This document shows positions 1-25,300 of a stretch of 64,000 nucleotides of DNA, in pieces. Position 1 is the first letter of the stretch. Each line of letters starts with the position of its first letter. Position numbers and translations under genes: made by a program. The notes beneath the pieces are model-generated. The model searched no databases. It was not told the DNA's origin and worked only from the letters and a program-made list of their open reading frames with translations. The DNA comes from Zygnema circumcarinatum SAG 698-1b (lineage: Eukaryota; Plantae; Zygnematophyceae): contig CM074813.1 of the NCBI GenBank assembly GCA_037447605.1, positions 1,240,001-1,304,000 of the forward strand, given 5' to 3'.

Positions 1-699
1 GGCTTTTATTCCGTTTTGGCGAACGTATGAATTGGCATGTATAAGTATCTCAATGTTTTCCTTCAGAGGTGCCGGAAAAGAGGTGATAGGAAATGACATT
101 TGGAAAATTAACACACCATATTTCATTTTTCTTTTTGGGTTGTTCTCTGGTATTGAGCATACTGAAAATTAGGAGAGTCGCAGAGAAGAGCAGCGGATAA
201 ATGGTGGTGGGGGGAGTCGGAGTTCTGAGTGTGTAGAGGCGAAAGGAGAGCGGATGAAAGATGAGTGGGGAGATAGTGGAGAGGATATGCGAGCACAGGA
301 CCGAGGGGAGAAGAGAGAAGACAATATTGAGGATAGAATGCAGGATGGATAGGAGAAAATAGTAGTGATGAGTGGAGGATGAAGGGAGGAAGGGAGGAGT
401 GAGGGGAGAGGAAACGGAGAACTCCCTCTCCTTTCCTCCCCTTCCATCTCCACCCACCTCTCCTGCTTATTTCGTCCATATACTCTTCACTCGTCCCCTC
501 CCCATAGAGTTCGTACAGGATGAAAAAACTAAGGAAGGCGGAGAGTATTAGGAAAGTATTAGGGTAGAGAACAGTGAGCAAAAAGGAGCGATCTGGATTG
601 GACTGGATTGAAGAAGTCTCAATTATTCTGGTTCAGGCTGCCCATTTAGAAGACTTCTACTTGGACCCTCACTAGCATGGGGGAGGAAGAGGATGACAG

Positions 700-13253
<12,554 letters not shown>

Positions 13254-13919
13254 AGGCGCTCCAGCTCACCACAGCTCTCCGCCAATGAGAAGAAGGTTAC
13301 ATTCCCTTAATTCTTCCATTATCGGAGCAACGTCTTCTACTTTAGAGCCATAAAATTTATTTGCTAGAGTGCCCTACTTTTTCCACTTGAGGGTCGTCGT
13401 GGACATTGCATTGCTAGGTCGCCCCATTGTTATAGTTACTTCAGGTTTAAAGATTCTACGCTTTGAATTCATAGTGGGGCCCTTCGCTTTTAGGTCTACG
13501 AGTTTCTGTGTCAATAGTTGGAGTCACACATATAGAGCCAGTTGGGAAATCCACGGTGTTGCAATAAATGCTTCATTTTTGAAGGCAGTGCAAATTTTGA
13601 AGGCTCCTAACTTGTCGATGAGTGCCAACAGAAACTTGCTTGTGGACTGAGAACTTTAGTTTAAAGTTTTTCTCCTCGTTCTATCTCTTACAAATCCTAG
13701 CCGCGCATGGTAGGACAAGCCAATCCCTCCAACTGTGTTCACGCACTTGTCATTCAACACAACATCCATCCCTAAATCCATTCAGCAGACCATCTTGGGC
13801 ATTTGGAAGGACCATAATCATACTAGACCATACTCGAAGCGGATGTAAATACATACATACGTACATACAGACATGCAGACATGCTTGCACCTGTAGCTCA
13901 TTGTGTGTCTTGTGGTCCC

Positions 13920-16900
13920 TCACAGAGCTCTCACCCCCTCCTCACGTACAGCTCGGTAGCACGCAAGGCTGCAAAGGGGCCGCCCGGATGCGGAATCTTT
14001 GTACTTATGGGGCCGTCTGCAGGCCGGGCCTGAACAAAGTGCTCGCGGAGCAGGGTGCCTGAAACACAGTGGAGCAAAACATGAGAAGAATATAAAAATG
14101 GGGTAACAAGGTGAGGAGGCAGAAAGTCTACGGACCAACACACACTCTCAGATAGGGTTGCTGCTGCAGAGGATGGGAGGAAAAGCTGACTTGGAGGGCG
14201 GGCAGGCGAAGAAGGGGGGCAGAGCGGCGTCCTTTGGCCACGTCACGACTGTGCCGGCGGGGCCCTGCACCACTCGCACGTGCCCGCTGCCCACCTCCTT
14301 CATGGCAGCCGCCTTCTCCTGGAGGATTTAGGGTCTCTGGTCAGTCAGTTAGAACTGTGTTCCTTGTGCAGTTTGACACAACGATAATGGAGCAGACGCG
14401 GAGTGGTTGCAGGAGAAGAACGGACCTTTAATGCCTCCGCGCGAAGCTTCAAGACCTTCTCTTCCCGACGCTTGCGCGTGGAATCTTGTCCCAAGATTTT
14501 CTGAATGGCAGCCGCCTGCATGGCATATGCGGTAACACCAATGTCATGTTTCATGTGCTTTCATGTTTGTCGTTTGTAAGATGACCCTGCCACGGGTATG
14601 TAGTGGTACAAGAGAGTGAGGAGATCAAATTCTACCTCTGCTTCTGTTCAGAGATCGAGCTGTCAATTACATCGGCCAGTCAACCAGTATTGTACAACAG
14701 AACTATGAGAATGTTCACTGTGAAGTGGAAAAAAACATCACATCATCATTCAACTAATGTTGCGTGCAAAATAGGGGTAGCCTGATGTGAAAGTCAGGTT
14801 CATAAGCTCCATCCACTCACTTGGCTTTCCTTCGCCGCCTTCTCCCCCTGCTGCCGCCGCTTGCGTGCCGCTTCCTCCCTTTTCAAGAGACGCTCCGCTT
14901 CTGTGTCCTCTTTAGATTTTTTCCCTGCCACATACAGTGACAAGCAACTGAGCCCAGTTCGCAGTTGGCAGCATGGAAAGTCTTCTTCCTTACCACTTCA
15001 CTCCCTGAACAGCTGATGAAACGCATGACCAGATGTGAAGACACCATGGCACATCCTTACACCCTCTCGGCGGCCGAATTCAATCACTCACTTTGCGTTC
15101 TTCCCAATCCTTCCGGAAACTCCACCAGTCCTTCAGCCACAGTCTGCATTGCACGTTGCCGAGCCGTCAATGCCACGTGGCGTATTCCGCCAGATTCATG
15201 GCCCTCAGACCCATCAAGCTCCATATCTTCATCCTCGTCCAGCTCCTCCTCCTTCAGTTCTTCCTCCTCGTCCACTTCTTCGGCTTCATCCTCCATATCT
15301 TCCTCGTCCTCCTCCGCATCCTCTTGTTCCTCCTCCAGTTCCAAACTCAGTCTACCTTGTCCTTCTACGATTCCTTCCCAGCCCTGATTCACTCCCACTT
15401 CTAATCCTTCCCCTCCTTCCACTCCCTCCTCGTCCGCTTCCTCCTCAACTCCTGCTCCTTCGCCCTCCGCGTCATTCTCTTCTTCCGAAATCAGTTTCTT
15501 GATCTTACTCTCCAATACTGCGCTCTCTACAAGCCCATGGCTCAAACTTCCCCCAGTTTTCCCGCCCCCATCGTCCCTTTCAACTCTACTTTCTGCTTTG
15601 GCAACCTTCACCTTCTCCCCTTTCTCCTGTCCCACCTCTCTCTCTGAGCCACGTCGAATTTCCGCTTCAATCTCCTCATCATCGGCACCTCCACGCACCA
15701 CTTTCTTCTTCACCACTCTAACGCTTTTCCGCTGCACTGTGAGCTGGTCCTTCTCTGCAATGCTTGCCTCATGTATTGCAGCAACAGTTTCCACAGGCTG
15801 CTTCCTTGTCAAAGTTGAGGACACAAATTCATCTGCATCTTCTTCATCCTCCTGCGAAAGTGAAACGCTCCTTGTTATACAATAAAGGGTACATTAATCT
15901 CTTGCACGTGCCACTCATGCCGGGTACACACGAGCAAAAACATGTAAAATGCAAAATGAAGGGGAACAAATAAAATGCGTAAACCCGCAGGCTCCTCCCG
16001 CGCTTCTCGATACGGAATAGGATTGAAAGTGGAAAAACTGAAACTAGAACTGAAAGTGGATTCATGGCGTTGTCACACAGCAAGGATTCATTTGACTTCA
16101 AGAAAAGTATGGAGGCGGCAGGTTAATAGGTCTCAGGATGTCATGCCCTCTGAATGGAAGATTTCCATTGCCCTGTGGCAGGGAAGTTCAATCGCTATGA
16201 TACATCTTATAGACCACAGCAGCAGGTGTTGAGAAGTTCGACAGTTCAGTGCACATCACTTTCTTACGCTGCAGCCGTAACTCACGGCTCCACTTTAAGA
16301 GGAGTCGCATGTACCGGCAAACGTCCGACATACGGCCACACAAGAGACCTATCTGCTTGTCTGGAAAATTGTTGAACATGCACTCTATAACACTACCTTC
16401 GCACATAGCCTCATTGCACGGCCAACGAAAGAAAGGCATCAAGATCATAACTCCTTTGGATGGCAAAGGCTCTGCCTGCCCTGAAGGGACAAAATAATCT
16501 GCACAATGGAATACAAAATACACAATACCCTCAAACACCATTACTTGAGACGACTCCTCACATCGAGTATCAGGCGGTGTCGGCGCTTCTTTGAAGCTGG
16601 AGGGGGCGCCTCCTCCACAGTCTTCACCTTGACATCTGACACGTTCACCTCACGGGATCCTGATATACCCAACACCAGCATGTGGTTGGTTCAGAGTAAA
16701 GTGATACTACTATAAATGCCCGCAAATACATACAATCGGATGCAGGAGAAGCCTTCAGCTGCGATCAAATCAGAACCACGGACAAAATTTGGACAGGCAG
16801 CACCACCTCACTACCCCCTCACTACCCCCTCACCTCATGAACTAGAAACTGATCATTTAAAAAAAAATAGGGGAACCATTCAAGGATACTTAAAGATTTC

Positions 16901-18002
16901 CTGCGGTAATTTAAGCTACCTTATAGGCCAATTTGTTGCCGTGATCATGACAGAGAGGGAAAGCTTCCTTCTTTGCCACAGCCATGTATTGGACTCACAA
17001 CCAAATTGGAAAATGGGAAAAAATCTGAACGTGGCAGTAAATGTTTGTATTCCGATCAATAGATCTACTTCTAAGAGAGAGATGGAGGAGTTGGGAGCAT
17101 AAGTCCAGAGCACGAAGGGGAAAATGAATGGAGAAGTGTGTGCAGATATTTTCTAGTGTTGCAAATAAAAGGGCATCACTTCTGTAATCGTATACGATTA
17201 CAGACGAGTCCAGACTTTTTAACTTAAGTGCGCCAAGGTCAGTCTAAGTTTAAATTTCTTTCGACATGACACCGTATGCCTCTGCGAATGGGGCTTCTCA
17301 TTGACAAAACCCAAACATAACCTCATCAACTAGAACCCACACTTTTTTCGTGGTTTCATCCCTTCGTTTTGCGTAAAACAACAAATTTTAAGTTACGCAA
17401 AAAAATAATGAACCTGCATCATCGGTTGCAAAGGCTGCATCTTTCGACGCACCAAGAGTAATCCCGCCCACTTTGAGTTTCACAAACATGGTTCCACCGG
17501 CCTGGGCGGCATCCCCTGCGGGCCCTCCATGGCCGCCCTCGCTCCTCCTGCTCGCTCCCTGTCCTCCTCCGCCACCTTGCTTCGTTGCAATGACCTCCGC
17601 CCGCCTAACCCTAGGCTCCCCACCCCCTCCCTCCCCCTTCTTTCTCTTCTTCTCGTCCTCTCTCTCTCCTGCATACCCGCTTGTCCGCCGGCTCTCCATC
17701 CTCGCTCCTCCTCTCTCTCCTCCCTCCTCCCTCTCCTCTTTCCTCTCTCTCTTCCTTTCCCGCTCTCTCTCCGGCTTGTCGTCCCCCAGTGGCGTCCGCT
17801 GCTTTTCCGCCTGCCGCTGATACGTGTCCGCACCGATGCCTACCTCTTTGAGAGCCCTCACCTTGTGCCCTCTCTCTCCTGCCTTTTCGCTCTCGCCCCG
17901 CCATGGCTCCCTCGGCTGCGCCGCCTGCCCACCATTCCCGCGAGGTCTTCTCGCCTGCTCAGACCGCGGCTTGCGCGACCCCCCTCCGCGCTCGCTCTCC
18001 AT
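13920..18002 (-). CDS. IES2: INO80 complex subunit B / IES2-like (PAPA-1 domain + HIT zinc finger), about 8 exons
   Basis: Exons approx. 18002-~17862, ~17610-17414, 16659-16562, 15851-15092, 14924-14821, 14515-14426, 14318-14191, 14058-13920. Motifs: VKLKVGGIT, LTARQRAMQ...VEFPEGL, KREEAARKRRQQGEKAAKESQAAAIQKILGQDSTRKRREEK, VQGPAGTVVTWP, CSGPACRRPHKYKDSASGRPLCSLACYRAV. The 5' exon boundaries are uncertain. Confidence 0.9.
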
Positions 18003-19337
18003 CGCACCACGTGGCAGTAACGTGCACTCGGCAGGGAAGGGGGTGGAGCTTCTTTACGGCATGCGTGAGTGATGGGGGAGGGAGTGAGGAAACTGAGGGC
18101 GCGACAAAGATAGAGAGAAAGGCATAGAGAGACGGAGGGATAGAGTGGGAGAGAGAGGGTTCTGAGGAACAAGGAGTTTAGGGCTCTGCTCGGCATACCC
18201 TGCTGCCATGGCGCCATGGCCGCCCCCTGTTCTTCCTCGATACGTGTTGCGATAGAATCGCATGTACCGTACTGAATATTGCGAGATTTTTCCAAGAAGA
18301 GTAGCCTACCGGTAGTAAAAGTTTCAGGGTTTGGCATGAGCATAGCGGAAGGGGAGGGCATAGTGGAGGCAAACATGGAAGGGACAATAAAAAATGTCAA
18401 TGGTCCACCCTTCCAAGTTGCATCGTTCGGTATATTTGAAAGGACAGGAGAGCAACTTGCATGTCTCATTTATTGAGTTTGTTCTGTTGACTGGATGGGT
18501 CTTCTGCCATTGAGCAAATTCTTGCACAAACACTTTCATTTCCGACTTGTTTGCCGTAGAGCAAAACTCAAACGCCTGTACTACACACATTTTTGTCCAC
18601 AAACGTTTCACTGCAAGTTTGCTTTGTCGATTTGTTGACGAGCTCAAAATTTATGAAAGGAGGATCGCAGAACCTTCTTTGTATACTCGAACAAATCATA
18701 AGCAGATATTGCAACTTTCATGTTCTTGGAACGCCTCCACTACAGAATGTGCGACTTTCCATTTAGATTTCTGCCGCATATCTATGTTCTCTTTTTGCTC
18801 CCTTCGAACATGAGCCACTTTTGCCTTCTCTCCCCCGCCGAGGAGGCTACAACCTGAGCATCCTCTACGCACGGCATCCGCCGCCGCCTTCTCGTGCATG
18901 AGCAGTCGTGAGGATGCCGCACAACAATACGGCCCCAAAAGGATAAGTGCAAAAAAACTAGACTGCTTGGGCTCTCTCTATACATGCATGCCATAAAAAA
19001 GCACGACCGCCTCCCTGATGTCAGCTGCTGCACAAGCGATGCTCCCATGGCCGGTTGGACCTGCCATCATGCATGCCGTCAATAGGTGAGGAATACCGCC
19101 CATGTGTATACGAGATCTACATGCCCAGAGATTATGTGAAAAAACCGAAGACTTTCCCCTCATTTTGAGGTCAGAATTTACTGCAGAACTCACACGTTGC
19201 AAAAAACACAGATTACAGAAGCGAGTTAAGTTAAACCAATGAGCCAATTCATGTCTGCTCACCACATCTCACGTTTAGCAACATCAAGTAAAAAAGCCTT
19301 ACAAAGTTTTGTCCTATCCCATCGTCGGTTGGGCAAG

Positions 19338-22300
19338 TCACGCATGTTCCGGCGACCCCCAGCCGCCACCTCCAGGAGTGCGAATTTCAAGAACTTCTCC
19401 TGCACATACTCTGACTGTGTTCTTGCCTGCAGGCCAAGCAACACCTTGTCACTCCCACTGTGAAATAAGACCTTTCTTGCGAAGAGAATGGCCATACTAA
19501 CACTATACTCCTTTGCCCCGCAGCGCGAGGGAGGGAGGGAGGGACAGAGAGAGAGCGCCCTGCCTCACCTCCGAGGTTGACCTGCCGGCCGTCGGCCCTA
19601 TGAAGAATGTTCATCCCGCGCAGGCCGTCGCCGCCTCCATGCATTCCATGCGGCGCATGAACACGGCGTTCGCTCAAGATGCTCACCTGGTCAGGACCAT
19701 CATCACGAGCAAAAACGCAGAAACAAACTCAAACGAAAATGCACATGCGGACAATGAGACAAGTCCACAAAGGTGGACATGAGATTCAAAGACAAATGAT
19801 GCGCAGGGAGACATGAAGTACGCTGCCTTGTTTCAGTGTTTCCGGTTCAGAGTCTGCCAGACTGCCTCACCGTGACGGGCCGCCGGAATTCAATTTCACG
19901 GACAATGCCATCTCCCCCATTGAACTTGCCCTTGCCTCCGCTGCCACTGCGGAGACCAAAGCGGCGGAGCAACACCTGCAGAGCCCAAAACTCTCCTGTA
20001 CAACTCTCAGCAACCTCCACAAGGCAAGCCCAGGTAGAGGTCGTCTAAGCTACCGTCCTGTCCCACAGTGGGTCATTCCCCAATAAGCTAAACAGGGAAC
20101 TTACTGATACCCCTTCACAACCATTCCCAGATGAATGAACACATGCTCGATGGTCGATGATGCATCGTGACAAACTGCAAGGTTGAGTACTTGCTGAAAG
20201 TGAAACCCCCGACTGGCGGCCGTCAATGAATGACATGAGCAACATGATAACAGTGGCAACATGCAATGCCAGGAGGAGTAGTAGGAGGAGGAGGAGGAGG
20301 GCGAGGAGGGGGAGGAGGAGGAGGAGGAGGGCGAGGAGGGAGGGGGAGGAGGAGGAGGAGGAGGGAGAGGAGGAGTAGTAGGAGGAGGAGGAGGAGGGCG
20401 AGGAGGGGGAGGAGGAGGAGGAGGAGGGAGAGGAGGAGTAGTAGGAGGAGGAGGAGGAGGGCGAGGAGGGGGAGGAGGAGGAGGAGGAGGGCGAGGAGGG
20501 GGAGGAGGAGGAGGAGGAGGGAGAGGAGGAGGAGTAGGAGGAGGAGGAGGAGGAGGGCGAGGAGGGGGAGGAGGAGGAGGAGGAGGGGAGGGAGAGGAGG
20601 GAGGAGGAAGGAGGAGGAGGAGGAGGAGGGAGAGGAGGGGGGGAGGGAGGAGGAGAGGAGGGAGGGAGAGGAGGGAGGAGGAGGAGGAGGAGGAGGGGAG
20701 GAGGAGGAGGAGGGAGAGGAGGGGGAGGAGGAGGAGGAGGAGGAGGGAGAGGAGGAGGAGGGAGGAGGAGGAGGAGGAGGAGGAGGAGGGAGAGGAGGGG
20801 GAGGAGGAGGAGGAGGAGGGAGAGGAGGAAGAGGAGGAGGAGGAGGAGGAGAAGGAGGAGGAGCGGGAGGAGGAGGAAGAGGAGGAGGAGGGGCGTGCCG
20901 GATAGCGGCGTTCAAGAATCTCGGGGTCGGTGATGCGCGTGTTGGTCATGTGGCACTGCACGCCGCTGCTCCCCCGCCACGTGGCGCCCGCGCCGCATCC
21001 GCCGCCGATCGTCTCATAGTAACCAAACGACTCGTCGCCAAACGTCAAGTTGTTCATGTCCCTGCAGGGCTTCATAAATCGCTAGTTTTATGGCTGCAAA
21101 GGGGGCATGCTGATTACGAACAACATTCCCAGGCAAATCTGCAGACACTAAATGACGGCCTTTACTAGTATTATTAAGCCATCTTTCCTTATTTTTTGGT
21201 GTGCGGGGATCCAAAGGTGGTCCTACCCCTGCGAGCAGGCGCACGCCTGGAAGGCTGCCAGCACCACATCCGTGACGCGCTGTGACGTCAGCACATTGCC
21301 GCCCACAACGGCTGCGGAATCGCTGGGAGAGAGGAGGCTGCCGGGGGGGATGAGCAGAGTGACAGGTGTCAGGCAGCCCTGGTTCAGAGGAATATCTTCG
21401 TCCACCTGCTCCTCCCACTCACCCTCTCTTTGTTCAGCAAAATCCACTCTCTCCGGCTACCGGCACCTCCGAATACGACGCGAAAGATTTGATAAGAGAG
21501 TGATAAGCTTTAGACCTTCAGATGCCCTTGCTCTGCTGTAATGCCTACATGTAACGTGGAAGTGCACCACACGGCGTAAGTTCTCCTAGAAACATACTCG
21601 TGAGCATGAACGTTTGAGGTTTGAGATAGAAAAAAATGTTCAGGTTATCAACACCCATGATCTCCCCAGGAGCCTACCAAGCATCGCAGACAGTAGATTA
21701 CTGCGGCTGCTGTGACTGCTTCCGGAGCATTCCAATTGCCGTACACCTGCAGCACACTCAAACTCACCACTCAGGGCTGCATTTCGGCTTGTCACCTGAA
21801 ATTTACGATTAAGAAAAAGCCTCTGTGGAGCAAACCTCCGGCGTAGTCCCCGTGAAGTCAAAGTGTGCTTCCCCTTCCTGCCCATCGATGGTGAGAGTGA
21901 GCCGAATGCAGGAGCCGTCATCCATAAAGTCCTCCGCTTCAACTACAACTTTCTCACTGCCTGCTATTCGTTTTTCTGGAAATTGCTGCGCTGTGCGGGA
22001 AGCCACACCTTTGAGCATCGCCCTCACTGCCACCTCTGCATTCTTCTGCATGCATCACAGTTCCACCGTTGGGATAGGCTCTGAGTATCACACGAATGCA
22101 AAGAACGACAACAGATTGCTTTAGGTCAGCAAACGGGAGAGGATTTGAGCACCTGCACATGATGCATGTATGCCTGAATCACGTCGAGGCCATATTGTTC
22201 GATAAGTTCGTTTATTAGTAGAATCCCGCGATGATTTGCTGCGACCTGCTTTTCAATCCACACATGAAGGAGAGAATAAGCACCCCAGGTGACCGTAGAG

Positions 22301-25300
22301 GAGAATGGAAAGGGAGAGAGAGGGAGGGAGGGTTTGGACTTCCAAGGCGAGACCTGTGCTCGCAAATCTGAAAGATTGTCTTCAATTTTTCGCGTTCCCG
22401 GGATCATCAGCGAGCCATCGCTCAAGTTTTCGCTTCCTTCAGAAGGAGGTTTTGGTTCAAGCAAAATTTTCCGAATGCCCTCCTCCTGCATCCCAGCAGC
22501 TTGTAGGAAATATCTCCACTGAGAGCCCAGTGATCACGAGCATCTTTCTTTAGCATCACATTTTGTTGTCACATGGACTTCAACCGCAAAACATCAGTAC
22601 CTGAAAAATGCCATTCTCCACAAGCTTGAAGGCCTTAATACTGGCGCCCTCCTCATGAAGGCTCTTCGAGAATGGAGGCATGCTGGCAGGCAAAAAGAAA
22701 AACATATTTTTTTTAGTCTCTCCGAATTTCCTCCCACAAACACGAACTCTCTTGCATCGCAACTCATTCTCTATCACCCAGGACCGCAAGTATGAACGGT
22801 CCCATCCGATCCATTGAAGCAATTCTCAACTCCCTTTTTGGATTGTTTGGTTGGTTGCAGCAAGTGGACGAGAGCATGTCCCACCTTCCCGGCGTGATCC
22901 CCCCAATTTCCGCATGATGGCCCCGGCTCGCCACAAAGAACACAAGCTTTCCGTTACGGAACACGGGAGTTACCACTGTGATGTCGGGAAGATGGCTACC
23001 CCCTGCGGCTGGATGGTTAGCCACGAGCACATCGCCATCCTGCAGATTGTCTCCCCTGCACATCCATACATCATCCATTTGCACAGGAAGTTCAGGATGC
23101 CGATCCAAAAACTCCGGACCCAATCTAGCCCATTTACCCAAAAACGAAGAGCAAACTGCAAAACAGTCAGAGAGACAGTCTACGAAAGACCATGGACTAA
23201 ACATTTCCCGGGTTACTCAGATTGCGTGTACAGAAAAACTCCTGTGATGATGTATGCCAAATTTCCTTATGTGTGGGTATATGGCGATTGCCCCCCACCA
23301 ATAAGCCCGCTGCCATCGCACTGTACTAGCCATGGCGCCGAGGTGCACCGGCACGTGCGGTGCGTTGGCCACCAACCCACCGTCTGCGCTGAACAGAGCG
23401 CAGGAGAAGTCCAAACGTTCCTGAACCCTCCCCTCCCATCGTCACCTCCCGCCATGGCTGCACCTGCATGAGCTCCGAAGCGAAGAGGGAAAGGCAGGAG
23501 AGCGAAGGGGGTGAGGGTGGCGAGTCACCTTGATGTTGGTGGAGATGGAGGTCCGCTGCAACGTGCGACCCATCTGCTCCGCAATACCCATGAACCGGTT
23601 GCTGAAGATGGACAGCTGAATCACATCTGCAGCCGCATCCTTGCCGCTGCTTGCGACTTTCTCCCCCCCTGCCCCTGAACCCTCACCCTTGGGCCACCTT
23701 TCACTTACTCAACCCCCCCAGAGAAGGCAAGCGAGAGGAAGAAATGAGGTGAATTCACGCAGCTCTAACCTGCAGAGGAATGCGGCGAAGGAGCAGAGGT
23801 GCCGATATCAATGCGGACGTTCCCATAGCGAGTGATAGTTGCAGTGCAGGTCGGCTCGACCACTATCTGCAGGACAAGGGCGGGTAAGGGCGGGGAGGTC
23901 TGCCAGCATCGCCGCATGCATGGGAGGGGAAGGCATGATGGGGGCACCGTGCTGCTGCCGTTCATGATGATGGCAGGGCCGCTCATGGTGTGCCCATACC
24001 CGAGTTTCTCCAGCATGTACACCTGATAGCAGCACACTCCGATTAGTTTACTTCACATGAGTGGGTCTCCAGCCCTGCCAAACTCTTCTTGATGTTTCAG
24101 ATGAACACAGAGATTGGAGGGGGGGGGGAGGGGGGAGTGGCCGAAAGAAGGGAAGAGAGACGGGAGAGACAAGGAGAGAGAGAAAGAGAGAAGGGGGGGG
24201 ATGGAATGAGGAGATAGAGAAAAAGAAAGGCAAAGGGACGATGGGCGGAGTGAGATAGAAAGGAAATTAATGATAAGCAGAGAGATCTTACCGGTGTAGG
24301 CTGCCATCCGGAGTCAAAGTAGCATCTGTGCTGCGTGGGTTCAGCCACAGGCTCTCCCGACACCATCTTCAGTACTTCCGGGCTGCACTCATCCCAATGG
24401 AAAACGCAAAAGGAAACTAACTCTTCACGCGCTAACATTTACGGAAAGGTGGAACGCCTCCTTGCCTTTGCCTTCTTGCCATTGAGCCAACCCAAGCAGC
24501 AGCCGTACCGCAATACGTTGCTGCGTCCTATTCCTCGCACGCGAATATCGTCCACAAAAATGGCGCGCCCAATGAGCTCGAATCCGTACCTGCCCCTCTC
24601 AGCTTTCTCAAGTTAACCATCGTCTTGTCTACTCGGTGGTCCTTCGGCTGCAAAAGGGTGATCCTAAAAATTGAATTAGGCCTGAATAATGGCAGCTGCA
24701 GTCCGGACAAACAAGACGTCGACCTTCAACCATTCTGCACACAGACTGCATGAAGAAAACGGGAGCATGCTTCGCTTACTCTCTTCGAAACTGCTTCACA
24801 AACGCACTCTCATAGTCACCATCGGGCGACTCAGCAGTCATAATGGCCGTGTCAGTCCCCTACACTCACAGTCAGAGCAGAGCGCAATGCAGAACTCTGA
24901 GTCGCCAAACTAAGGCTCATTAAGTGGGAGTTAGAAGAATTAGAAAAGTGGAAACACTTTCAAGGCAAAACAGGTACAAGTGAAAAAGCATTCGGCTTTG
25001 TGAGAGGCTTGCCTCATAGCGGAGGTTGAACATGACCCCAGTTTCAATATCCTCCGACTTAAACCCCTGAACCCTCTCCCTCCGCGATGAACTCCGTCAA
25101 CAGTCCATTCAGACTCTTCCTTCCTTCCTTCCCTTTTCACCTTCTTTGTTCTTCTCCCCTTCAAACTTTGTTCCCTCTCGCATTCCTGAAGCACACCTGT
25201 CGCTGCAGATCTTGTCGCACGTGTTCTGCCAGCGTGGCAGCGCGCTTCTCCAGGATTGGCCGCTGCTCCGGGTTGTACGGCGCGGAGCACGGCTCTTGGG

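Noticed and set aside
50-581. Hydrophobic minus-strand ORFs at the window start
   Set aside because: GA-rich low-complexity sequence, most likely an AP2A intron preceding the exon at 700.
14965-15885. Ser/Pro-rich plus-strand ORFs
   Set aside because: Antisense shadows of the acidic low-complexity exon of IES2.
18960-19140. Possible LINE C-terminal zinc-knuckle remnant
   Set aside because: It needs an assumed frameshift, lacks the first Cys pair and has no RT sequence nearby.
20101-21168. Long Pro/Ser/Leu- or Gly/Arg/Glu-rich ORFs resembling extensins
   Set aside because: They are translations of the (GGA)n tract inside an OXP1 intron; the flanking OXP1 exons join in frame across it.
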